Origin: Cycas panzhihuaensis
Lineage: Eukaryota > Plantae > Cycadophyta
Direction of reading: 5' to 3'
Assembly: GCA_023213395.1 (NCBI GenBank)
Contig: CM041465.1
Location: 117,869,741 to 117,933,740, forward strand
DNA length: 64,000 nt
How positions within the stretch are numbered: position 1 is the stretch's first letter; each line of letters starts with the position of its first letter. A model generated the notes under the pieces. That model did not search any database. It was not told the DNA's origin and saw nothing but the letters and a program-made list of their open reading frames with translations. Positions 26,001 to 37,020 of the stretch are shown piece by piece. A program made the position numbers and the translations under genes.

Positions 26001-27575
26001 ATGAGGTGTGTGTTTTAGGCAATCAAGTGAAGTGTGTGTCTTGGTAGCGACACATGACATGTATGATCATCATGAGATTTATGAGGCATCGATTTGGTGA
26101 AGTGAGTGTTTGGATTCTATGTGACTGGTTAGTAATATATGAAATGGATAAGACAATGATGTGATAATAAAGTCAATGATGTGAGATATGAAACATGAGG
26201 AAATTTGTTAAGAGTGATCAATAGGCAAGTTACCAATGATAAGTGAGTTTATTGATTGAAAAAGGGACGTGGCATATGGACATGGTATTTACAATCATGG
26301 AGGATAATGATGTAGTTATATATGCTCATGAAACAAATGAATATTACTTAAGGGATTCATTTCTTCTAGTACCTAAATGCAATAGTGAAAACTACTTCTT
26401 TTGGATAATTAAAATGAGATGTTTATTCATAGCTAGAGGTTTATGGAAGATTGTTACTGATGAATATGATATCCCCAATGATGAAGAAGAAAAGCAAATG
26501 CTTGAGAAGAAAGATAGAGAAGCATTCATTATTATTCATGTTGCATTCAATGAGATTGATCTTCCTTCCAAATTCTATTTTGTTATTCCTATGACTACAT
26601 GCAAGTAATGCTAAAGAAGCTTGGGATTTTCTAAGGAAAGTATTTGAACAAACTCCTGAAGAAATACAACAAATGATTGAAAAGGTAATTAAGGCTAGTT
26701 ATGGTACAGGTATAACGAATGAAGAAAGTATCATCAACATTGATGAAACAACATGTGAAGATGAAGAATGTCTGAGTACTAACAAAATTTCTACTATTAA
26801 ATGCATTAATGAGATTACAGATGAAGACATTCAAAATGATGAATTGATTTTAAGAGAAATTGAATCTAATGATCCTATAAAGGATGAGTCTTATATTGAT
26901 GATATTCCTTCTTTAAGCATTGATTCAAGTTTAAAGAGTATGCAAGTTGATCAAGACTCCACTCCTAAGATTGAAGAATTCACTGTTGTTCATGGTGATC
27001 AAGAGTTTATACAGGATAATGATGATAGGCAAGTTGTGATTAAAGATGGTTACTTATAGGATCTTCATCAGACTAGACCAGCTCCAATAAAGAAACATGA
27101 TTTATACTTACTAGAGCAGCCACATCAACATTGTCACTATAGAATTGAAGATGGAAATCAAGCTGAAGATATCATCTTACAAAGGCATCAATATAGAATT
27201 GAAGATAAAAATCAAGATGAAGACATCATTCTGTAACAAATACATCATTACAAGATTGAAGACAAGGATCAAGTTGAAGACATCATTCTCAAGACATTTT
27301 TAAAGACAAAGCATTGGAAATATAAACGACCCAAATGTACATTCAGGGGGAGTATTAGAATATTAATGAACATTTGATATGTCCCATATGCAAGTGGGTC
27401 CTACTCTTCCATCATGACTTGTATTATAAACACACAACTTTGTATATCATATTGTAATGATGTTGTAATGATATTTTCTTAATACAATGGAGGTACCTTA
27501 AGGGTAGCGTTCGATCCTGTGGAGGTGTGTTTCATTCTGTTTGTGAATATTATTTGTGCAGGTTGATTTCCAACA
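23097..27575 (+). mobile_element. Non-autonomous gag-only Copia-derived LTR element (TR-GAG-like) nested in E2
   Basis: LTRs 23097-23319 and 27353-27575. PBS tggtattagagc at 23320, PPT 'agggggag'. Perfect TSD gaatg. Confidence 0.93.
26351..27345 (+). pseudogene. gag: Degenerate Copia gag N-terminus with an acidic, repetitive extension
   Basis: DSFLLVPKCNSENYFFWIIKMRCLFIARGLWKIVTDEY...KKDREAFIII is DUF4219-like. ~51-bp tandem units occur at 27139-27295. Confidence 0.8.
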
Positions 27576-27580
27576 GAATG

Positions 27581-27780
27581 CTCTTTGTATAGTCTAGATT
27601 CTTTCACGTTACTATTCATATGATTCTCACATGGGCTATCTTATGGAGAATATAGCACATCAGATTGCAGAAATAGTCTTGAAAGAGATAAATCTCAAGA
27701 TTTTATTCAAGATGCATGCTAGTGATGCTAAATGTAAATTAAATATGGTAAAAAATGTATTAGACTCTTGGAGGTTTTAA
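27581..27780 (+). pseudogene. Captured axonemal dynein heavy chain fragment, part 2
   Basis: ALCIV*ILSRYYSYDSHMGYLMENIAHQIAEIVLKEINLKILFK...VLDSW matches the recalled DNAH10-type motif ALRMVWIISRHY...RM..LMERIA.EIA.RV...NL..LFK. Confidence 0.8.
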
Positions 27781-28199
27781 AGATAACTTACAGGAACAAA
27801 GTGGCTTCAGTGCACATAAACATATAATCATGGAAGAGATATTTCAAAAATTTCTTCAAATAATAACAGTAAAAAAACATTTAATGGAAGAATATAACCA
27901 TATAATAGAGCCGCAATAAAACCAAGAAATTTTTTAAATATATTGATAGAAATATATCAAATAAATGAAATGCATATATATTTGTATCTGAAATATTTCA
28001 AATATGTTAGAGCAGAAAACCAAGAAATATATGTTTAAATCTAAAATAAAACAAGGAACCTCATCAACAGATGTAGCAGATTTGTAGTAGGTTGATTTCT
28101 GAAGATAAGATCTTCTTCCACACAAGTCAAAGCTTCAAACAGATTTCTCTAGTAGATAGATTTACTATTATATATGGCTTGTTGGGTTGAATATGCACC

Positions 28200-28510
28200 A
28201 AAACTTGCAGATCTGAAAAAAGAACTTGAAAAATGGTCAAATATGTGATAAAATATATAGATCTAAAAGAAAACTTGAATAAATATTATAAATCTGAAGT
28301 AAGTATTGCAGATCTAAAGTAAATATTATAGATTTGGAGCCAATATTACAGATCTGAAGAAAATATTATAGATCTAAAATAAATAAACCATAAAATGATA
28401 AAATATTTGATAAAATAAGCATATTTTAAGAGTATATAATAGATCTGAAAAAAACTTTGAATAAATATTACTTGCAGCTGTGCTCCTGCATAGATCTGAA
28501 AAAATATTAG
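28200..28510. repeat. Degenerate ~20-bp AGATCT-containing tandem repeats in the E2 leader
   Basis: Repeated 'aatattatagatctaaagta'-like units; the reverse-complement homologue is in E3. Confidence 0.75.
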
Positions 28511-29358
28511 ATAAATAGATAAAAATATACTTGAAAATTATCAAATATATGATAGAAATATATAAAACTTGTTGATAAAACCTCTATAGAGTGATAAAAA
28601 CTTGATATTTACTATTTGTAGCTATGCACCTATATAAATATGAAAATAAATCTGAAATATATTTCTTACATCATAAGTAAAACTCAAGAATAATCAAATC
28701 TCTGATAAAAAATACAAGAAACTTATTGATAAATTTTACGGAAAATGAATATAACCAATCTTTGCTTGATTTTAAGTAGATTTGCTATAGATATCAATAA
28801 ATCTTCTTGCTCTTCATAAAAACTTCAATAGGCCAGCAAAATGCTAATAGATCAACTAGATCTAATATCAAATGTAAGAAAATAAGCGATGGAGAACAGG
28901 GTAGAACATATACAAAATAATCATAAATTAATATATCATTGTTGCATAAACATAAGATCTTTTGTATTCAATCTATTTTTGTAGAAAAACATTACAAATG
29001 TCTAAACGTATGCAGTGTCTAAAGATACCAAATTGCACACCCCTCAAAATATATAGTTTGGGGGAGGAGGGAAACTCCTCAACCCCTAAAATTTAAATAA
29101 CAATAAAATAATAACTTAACTTAAATGAATTTAACTCAACTTAACTTAAATCAAATCAACCTTACCTTATACTTACCTACACATGTGAGCACCCACATGT
29201 GTAAATTGATGAGAGTGAGATGTGCACTCCTGGTTGGAAGGTGGGAGTGGGGTGATGAGCATTAACCCCAACAATTTTATATCTTAAACTTAAGTTAAAC
29301 CTTATTAAGGAGGTATTTTCTTTAAAAGTTATATAACATCTATTCTAGTTTCTTAACC

Positions 29359-29600
29359 TTAACCACTTTATTTTTCTACTTTTAATTTTAAATTATGTTT
29401 ATTTTACAAGTATCTTTAGAAATTAATGGAGGTAAATTAAACCTCTTTATTGAGATATTTAACCTAAAAGTTGTGTGACATCTCTTTTAGCTTTTAAAAC
29501 TTAACCAATTTAATTTTCCACCTTTAATTTTAAATTATATTTAATTTATGAGTGTGTTTAGACATTTAAGGAAGTAAGTTAAATCTTATGGCATCTCTCC
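29359..29600. repeat. Two diverged direct repeats, ~140-bp period
   Basis: 'ttaaccactttatttttctacttttaattttaaattatg' at ~29359 and 'ttaaccaatttaattttccacctttaattttaaattata' at ~29501. Confidence 0.6.
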
Positions 29601-32199
29601 TTAGCCTGGCAAGATCAATATCCTTAATGATCTAGGATTTTTAGGTTTTAGATTATATTAATTCAATCAATATATTTTGTTACCCATGTACTTTTGAAGA
29701 TATTTATAATACTAGAAGAAACCTAACTAAGGGGTTACTTATAGTAATTGAGAAAGTTTTAACAATAAAAGCATCTAACAGAATAAGATAAGCAAGAAAA
29801 CACTATAAATAGAGGAATAAAAAATGTAGAAAGTTCTTGTAAAGTTACATAAAAGTCATATTTATAATCCATCAAACTTAGGTGGATACCTTATTTTTCC
29901 ATTGACTAAGATTAGACTCATCATCAACTAAGGACATACACACCCATCTACCACAATAATAGGTAAATGTTAGTAGACATGCTTATAAATCTCAATGACT
30001 AAATTTGAAATAAAAATAAGAAGCACATATGTTTAATTCATATGTTGTGATGAATGGAGACTTATCTGGTTGTGGAAAATACTAGGGTTGATAGAGAATA
30101 CCATATAGTTGGCTTTGTAGACTTTGTCATGGCCAAGGGTGTATTTCTTTGAGTATTGGGTATAGAGATTATTTTCCTTGCATCAATGCATTTCTACAAG
30201 TGGAACATAAACTAGGGTTGATAAGGGCTCTATTAGAGAGTTTGCTATTATAACCTACTGTGACTTATTGAAATGTAATCACTAACATTAAAATTATATC
30301 TATCAAGGTTGTTAGCATTACATAGAGTCTCGATGAAAGGATGATGTCTATTATATTATAAACTCAGCCTCAATAACCTTTGTCATGGATATTTCTTATT
30401 TTAAATTTCATGGTAACATTATTTTCAAGAGCATTTAAATGCATTCCTTGAGCCCTGGCATATATGTATTGATAACTATTTGATGATCCAGGTTTTGACT
30501 AATTCAATTTTATAAAGTTTAGAACTTATTTATATAAGATTCCACCAATGTTACTTGCCTCAACCATGTGATTTGATTAAAAAAAGACTAGTTCCAAGTT
30601 TCTATATATTATTTAGGAAAACTATTATAAAAGTATACCCATGATTGGTTAGTGAGGTACACATATTATCATCAATAGAACTAATAATGTGCCTTACTGT
30701 CAAGGTGGATAGAGATAAATATTAATTAGTCATCGACTAATATTGGATTGAGTGAAAATTAGTATTCTAACATGTTTTTCCAACTCCTTGCACTATCTTT
30801 GTTAAGATCTAGGTCAACTATAGGTATTTTAATCTTGTGATGGAGTAATTGTTATTATGGTGGCATGGTTAGAGGTGAAGGAGAACTGCTTACTAAAGGA
30901 GGACCACTTGACAAGCTTTAGGTGCTTATTAAGTTGGATGACATGTTTAATAATTAAGCATAGATCTATATCACCTAGTTCACAAGAGAAAATATGTCAT
31001 TCTTTGTGGCCATCTCATTCTTAAATTTAGTAAACTAAGTCTCCAATATAGTGATTTAGTCAACCCAGGTAGGAGCTATCATATGTATTAGAAATAAATG
31101 CCCAATACAAGTCCAAGATTATACAAGACTATGAAACATAAAGATATATATATATGAACAAATAAATAATTATATGTAGCAATATAAAACACAAGCTACT
31201 TATGGGAAATAACCACATTCAATTATATTATGATAAACTAATACATATTTATAGTATATATCACTACTTAGTTGTTCAATCAAAATTTATGAGCTATTTG
31301 GTTAACTAATGACTAGTTACATAAAGAAGTATGCATATTATAAACCCTTAGTAAATATCAAATGGGTAATTACATTAATTTAATATTTCTATTAGTTAAT
31401 ATTATTGAGGTTAATAGTTACCACCCCAGTCCCACCTTCTAACCAAGAGTGCACACCTCACTCTCCTCAATTTATACATATGGGTGCTCATATGTGTAGG
31501 TAAGTATAAGGTAAGGTTGATTTGATTTAAGTTAATTTGAGTTAAGTTAAGTTATTATTTTATTGTTATTTAAATTTCAGGGGTTGAGGAGTCTCCCTCC
31601 TCCCCCAAACTATATATTTTGAGGGGTGTGCAACCCTAGTGTCTTTAGACACTACCTTCATTTTGGACATTTATAATACTCTCTCTACAAAAATGGATTG
31701 AATACAATGGATCATGTATTTGTGTAATAATAATATATTGATTTATGATTATCTCTTTTATATTCTGCCATGTTCTCCATAATTATTTTTCCATCATTTG
31801 GTATCAGAGCTATTTTAGGCCTGCATTATTTTCCTTCATATGGTATTAGAGCAGGTTGATCTATTAGCATTTTGCTAGCCTGTTGAAGTTTTTTTATGAA
31901 GAGTAAGAAGATTTATTGATATCTACAGCATATCTACTCACAACCAATAAATACTAGTTATTTTCATTTTTCTCCAAAAGTTTATTAGCAAGTTTTTTAT
32001 ATTTTTTTATCAGAGATTTAATTATTCTTAAAGATATACTTGTGATATAACAAATATATTTTAGATTTTCTTTAGATTTATGCAGGTGAATAGCTACAAA
32101 CAACAAATATCAAGTTTTATCACTCTACAAGAGGGTTTATCAACAAGTTTTATATATTTTTATCAAATATTTGACATTCTTCAAGCATATTTTATCTAT

Positions 32200-32700
32200 T
32201 TATCCAATACTTTTTCCAAATCTATGCAGGAGCACAACTATAAGTAATATTTATTCAAAGTTTTCTTCAGATTTGCTATATATCCTTTAGATATGCTCAT
32301 TTTATCAAATATTTGATAGCTTTTTGGTTTATTTTGTTTAGATCTACAATATCTACTCAAGTTTTCTTTAGATCTACTATTTTTTTAATTATTTCACCAT
32401 TTTTTGGTTATTTGCTTTAGATCTACAATATTGGCTATAGATCTGTAATATTTACTTTATATTTATAACATTCATTTTAGATCTTCTATATATTCTTCAT
32501 ATCTACTTATTTCATCAAATATTTCACCATTTTCTAATTTATTTATTTCAGATCTATAATATTTACTTTAGATTTGTAATATTGGCTATAGATCTGTAAT
32601 ATTTACTTTAAATTATAATATTTATTCAAGTTTTCTTCAGATCTGCTACATATTCTTTTAGATTTGCTTATTTTATCATATATTTGACTATTTTTTCAAG
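32200..32700. repeat. Degenerate ~20-bp AGATCT tandem repeats in the E3 leader
   Basis: Repeated 'tagatctataatatttactt'-like units. Confidence 0.75.
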
Positions 32701-33661
32701 TTCTTTTTTTAAAGCTGTAAGTTTTGGTGTATATTCAGCCCAATAAGCCATATATCATAGTATATCTGTCTACTGGAGAAATCTGTTTGAAGCTTCAACT
32801 TGTGTGGAATAAGATCTCATCTTTGGAAGTCAATCTGCTATAAATCAGTCACAACTAATTACCAGGTTCTTCATATTTATATTCAAATTTAAACATATAT
32901 TTTCTTACTTTTTTAATTTATTTTCATCAATACATTTAGATCTACTCTCTCAGAACTTAAAACTTTGTAGATCCATGTGTTGGTAGCATTGAAAGCTTGA
33001 ATCTCTAGATTAATCTTTACCATTTTAGGTCTTTGGATATTCGACCTTTTCCTAATTTAGTCCTTTTACAGGCATATTTTTGTTTATTTTTTAAATAAAA
33101 TAGTCTATAAGCAACCCCAAACAGAAACAAAATCTGTAGAAAATGTAACTTTGTTACCCTATTCTGGTGCTTGCATAATACACTATCTTCAAGCCTTTGC
33201 AGCAATTAGCATGCATGGTATACACATCATCTAATTCAAGACTCCTTATATACTTTATATCTACATTTGATATCTCATATACTTTGCAAGGTACATTGTC
33301 ATATTTAAATGTATGTGAGTTTTGTTTAATAAGAGGTTGCACTATTCTTAGTTAGAGATTTGATCTAATTTCTATTACTGGTCTGATAAGCACTCTTCCA
33401 TTTATATGAACATTTATATTTATAAATATAAACATTATTACCATACAAACATACACTTACATACAAATATTATTACTAGTATATTGCTTCACACATTACA
33501 TTCAAGCATTAGTATACTTTTAATTGCTAAAAGTCAAAGGTTGTTTCAACCATTAACAACAAAAGCCATCAATACTTATTTTAAAACCTTCTTGATACAA
33601 ATCAAGAAACTTTTGATAAAAGGCATCAACAATAGTAAAAGTCTTCCATGATTAAGGAAAA

Positions 33662-33862
33662 TAACCATCGACCACAAATTGCATCTTCTACATCACGTGC
33701 ATCCTTAAACTCGATAAAGCAATAGCCTGGAGGCCTGGGAGGAATCTTCAAATTAATATCAACAATAGGTCCATTCTTATAAAACAGGTCTTCAACTTCC
33801 CATTCCCGAATATCACCAAGTAGATTGCCAACATGCAAGGTTTGACTGGCTCAACTGCTCAC
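33662..33862 (-). pseudogene. Captured 5' fragment of an ASF/SF2-like SR splicing factor (SR30/SR34 family) RRM1
   Basis: (V)[63 protein letters not shown], continuous with no introns. Confidence 0.92.
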
Positions 33863-36311
33863 TGTCACCGACCCTAACAACCTTCACTGGTAATTATTCT
33901 CTCAAAGAGATCAAAAGAGCTCCAAAAGACTGTCTGGTGGGTGTTGGTTGAACTAAACAAGCTCCATCGAAGGGAATCTAAAGCTTCAACTCTTGTTTTC
34001 TTTGCAGACCCCTAGATATGAGAATCACATGTCGATCATTTTTAAAAGGAGATAGACAAGAAACTGAATCAATAGGCCACCCTTCATAGGGTGCAAATCT
34101 TGTTACTGGAACTGGTTCCTCATGTCTTAGTTCTTCATCCTACCTATGCACGCTCTGACCATCTGCGTGCTATGAACTGCATGCTCCTCATCCTCTTGTA
34201 GACTGCAGACTTGAACTGTGTGCTTTCACTTGATGTAGTTCAGTCCCCTCACTAACGTATTATTCAAGGACCATCCCACTAAAGCTAAGTTGTATCATTT
34301 CTTCAAGCTATCGATCTTGTCACTGTCTGTAGCTTATATAGCTTGCATATTTTCTTTTGATAAGCTATAGCTTACATAAGTTGTAGGCATCATAATATTC
34401 ATGTCTCTCCTCCCATTCCTGCTTTCTTTACACTCTCAAAGTAATTTGTAACTATTTCACTTGCTTGCAGTAAGGACAGTTTGGAATCCTTTAAAGCTTT
34501 GACAACACTAAAACAAAGTGAAGATCATTTATATCCATCATTTAGACATCTTAGAAAACTGCTGGGAGGTGGAGTCTTACTATTAAGCTCACCATTTCCT
34601 TCATGAGGAGAAGGTGTTCGCCTTGATTCAAAAGAGAATTTCCCTCCAATTAAGGCTCACCTAGAATGGTCATTCCCTGAGGAATTCAACCCTGCAAAGG
34701 ACTACCTCCTTATCAAGTATTGGTTATATCCACCAGCTGACAGTTTGCAATCATTGCTGAAGACTGGTGATAGTGATTCTGCTTAATTTGAAGTTCTATT
34801 GCATGGAACATTAACTAAGCTGATAGTTTGCAATATGCTGCATCTTGACCATTCTCCCCCTCAGATCTCCTATGATTCCATCTGCATTGGCGCGTGATAG
34901 ATAGGTGCAGCTATAGTTGCATGGCAGCCGCATTCACGACAACACCATTTCTCCATTCATAGATTCAAAATTTTATTTTTTATTTTAATTTTTATAAGGT
35001 TTAAAAAAATTAAATTAAATTAAATACTTTTTGAAATCTAATGTTTAAAATCCTAGCCCCCTTTACATTTTAGCCCTCAGTCATATACTACTCCACGTGG
35101 CCTTTAGCGCATTACTTAAAAGGGTTTTCTCAATTTCATAAAAGTTTTTCTTTTATTTTTTTTATTTTTATTTTTTTTACATAAGGTACTTGGCAAAGTT
35201 TTACCATAACTTCTCACTGGGTCATCGGTTTCTGATGAAACCTATCCCATTGAGTCCATAATTTTCTGTAGTATGATTTTGACTAGTCATATGACCAATT
35301 TAGAGTTGATTTGACCCATTTTCAATCAGTTTAAAATCGATCATTCTTTTTTGAAGATATTTTTAACTATTTTCATAAAAAGCTTTTTTTGTCATATTAT
35401 ATTTTATCACTAGGTGATTATTTTCTACCCAGATCTATTCTACAGTCATCTATTATCAGCAAACTTTATTACCATTTATTTATTTTATTTTTAAGATTTA
35501 TTTTAATCATTATTTTAATCAACCAAAGTGACACTTTACTGGTTTTTAACACTTTTTAAATATTTTATCATAAAAGTACTTATTGCCATTTTCATTATAA
35601 TTTTTCTGTTTTACATCAGAATTAAGTTCTGTTAGTTTTGTTGGGAAGCTGATTCACTCCTCTTTGAACTAACACTATTATTTATAAGTTTTGAAGTGTT
35701 TTTATTAATTTTCAAATCCATCAAAGTTGAGGTACTTAACAGCCTCTAATCTGCCATTATTACACATATACATATATTATTTCTCAAAATTTTCAACTGA
35801 AAATATATGAAGTAGCTCTATAAACTTTATATGACTATTTTACATCATTCTATAAGTCTTTTATTAGCATTTTTATACTATTTTGAGTCCTAGGCTCCTG
35901 TTAAGCCTCAAAAGGAGGTCTGTACATTTGGTTCATTCAAATATTGACTTATAGGAACCCGTTTTCAAAATAGTTAATCCCATTGAATAGGTTTTTTGTT
36001 GATCTTCACTTTGGTGTAATTTCATCATATTATGACTTTGTTTAGTACAGCTTTGAAGCTACTAAACTTGAGTATCAAAGTATATCCTAGCAAGCTTATC
36101 TTAAGAACCTTTTATTGTTCATCTTCAAAGTTTCAATTTAGATTTACATAATTAAAAGAATCTTAGTTATATTATAATTTATTTATATATTCATCATATT
36201 TCAAATTTTATTTGAAATTATATCTTAGAATTTTCTCATATTTATTGATTTATTGAGTTTTTTAACTTAGTAAAAGCATATTCTTTTTTATGTACTAAAG
36301 TTTTCAGTAAA

Positions 36312-37020
36312 ATGACAATCAATCTTGATTAAGTACAATTTCCTATATTTGATGGCCATAATTTTTCACTATGGCATAAGACTGTGTAAAATTATTTTAT
36401 TACACATGATCTTTGAAAATACTTACAAGATGAGTATGATGTTAGTATTAAGGAAAATATTGAAAAAGATAATGAAGCATTAGCTTTACTAGTTTGCACT
36501 ATAGATGATGATGTCTTTTTTAAAGTTTGTGAACTAACAACTTCTAAATCTATGTGGGACATTTTGATTTCTACTTATGAGGGAGATACCCTCAATGAAT
36601 TTAACATTAATGTTGAGCATGCCAGACAAGTACCATAATAGGTGGATTGTAATGAAAAAACCAGAGAAAATTTAAATCAAATGTATAATCATCTTGTTGC
36701 ACAAGAACTTGATCCTCCATTTGAGGTGAAGAGATATGATGATATGATAGTTGTTCACAACATAAAGTTTTCAGAAGACAAAGTTCAAGTTTAAAGTTTT
36801 CTTAAAGTTCAAGTTGACAAAGTCAAAGTTGTAGCTACACATACACGTTTGAATCAAGCTTCATTTACTTACAGATTTTTTGCACCACTTAATAGTGAAG
36901 ACACATATATTGTTAAAAGGATGAAGTAGGTTGATAATGATCAAGATAAAAGACAAATCTTCAAAGTTTTTCTTAAGTATAAATTCCACAAGTTTAAAGA
37001 GAAGACATTGTTCGTGATGA
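36312..37020 (+). pseudogene. gag: Degenerate gag remnant of E3
   Basis: MTINLD*VQFPIFDGHNFSLWHKTV*NYFITHDL*...EKDNEALALLVCTIDDDVF...SMWDILISTYEG. Confidence 0.85.

Larger units (their letters stand above)
19175..29273 (-). mobile_element. E2: non-autonomous Copia-derived LTR element with multi-gene cargo and a nested insertion
   Basis: LTRs 19175-19561 and 28873-29273. TSD atttt (19170-19174, 29274-29278). Reverse PPT at 19562, reverse PBS 'tctaatatca' at 28861-28870. Confidence 0.92.

Noticed and set aside
31799-31852. tRNA-Met gene
   Set aside because: Only 12-nt complements of the tRNA 3' end are present; there is no cloverleaf.
33626-33838. ORF as a functional SR gene
   Set aside because: The start codon is mutated, there is an upstream in-frame stop, RRM1 is truncated, and it lies inside E3.
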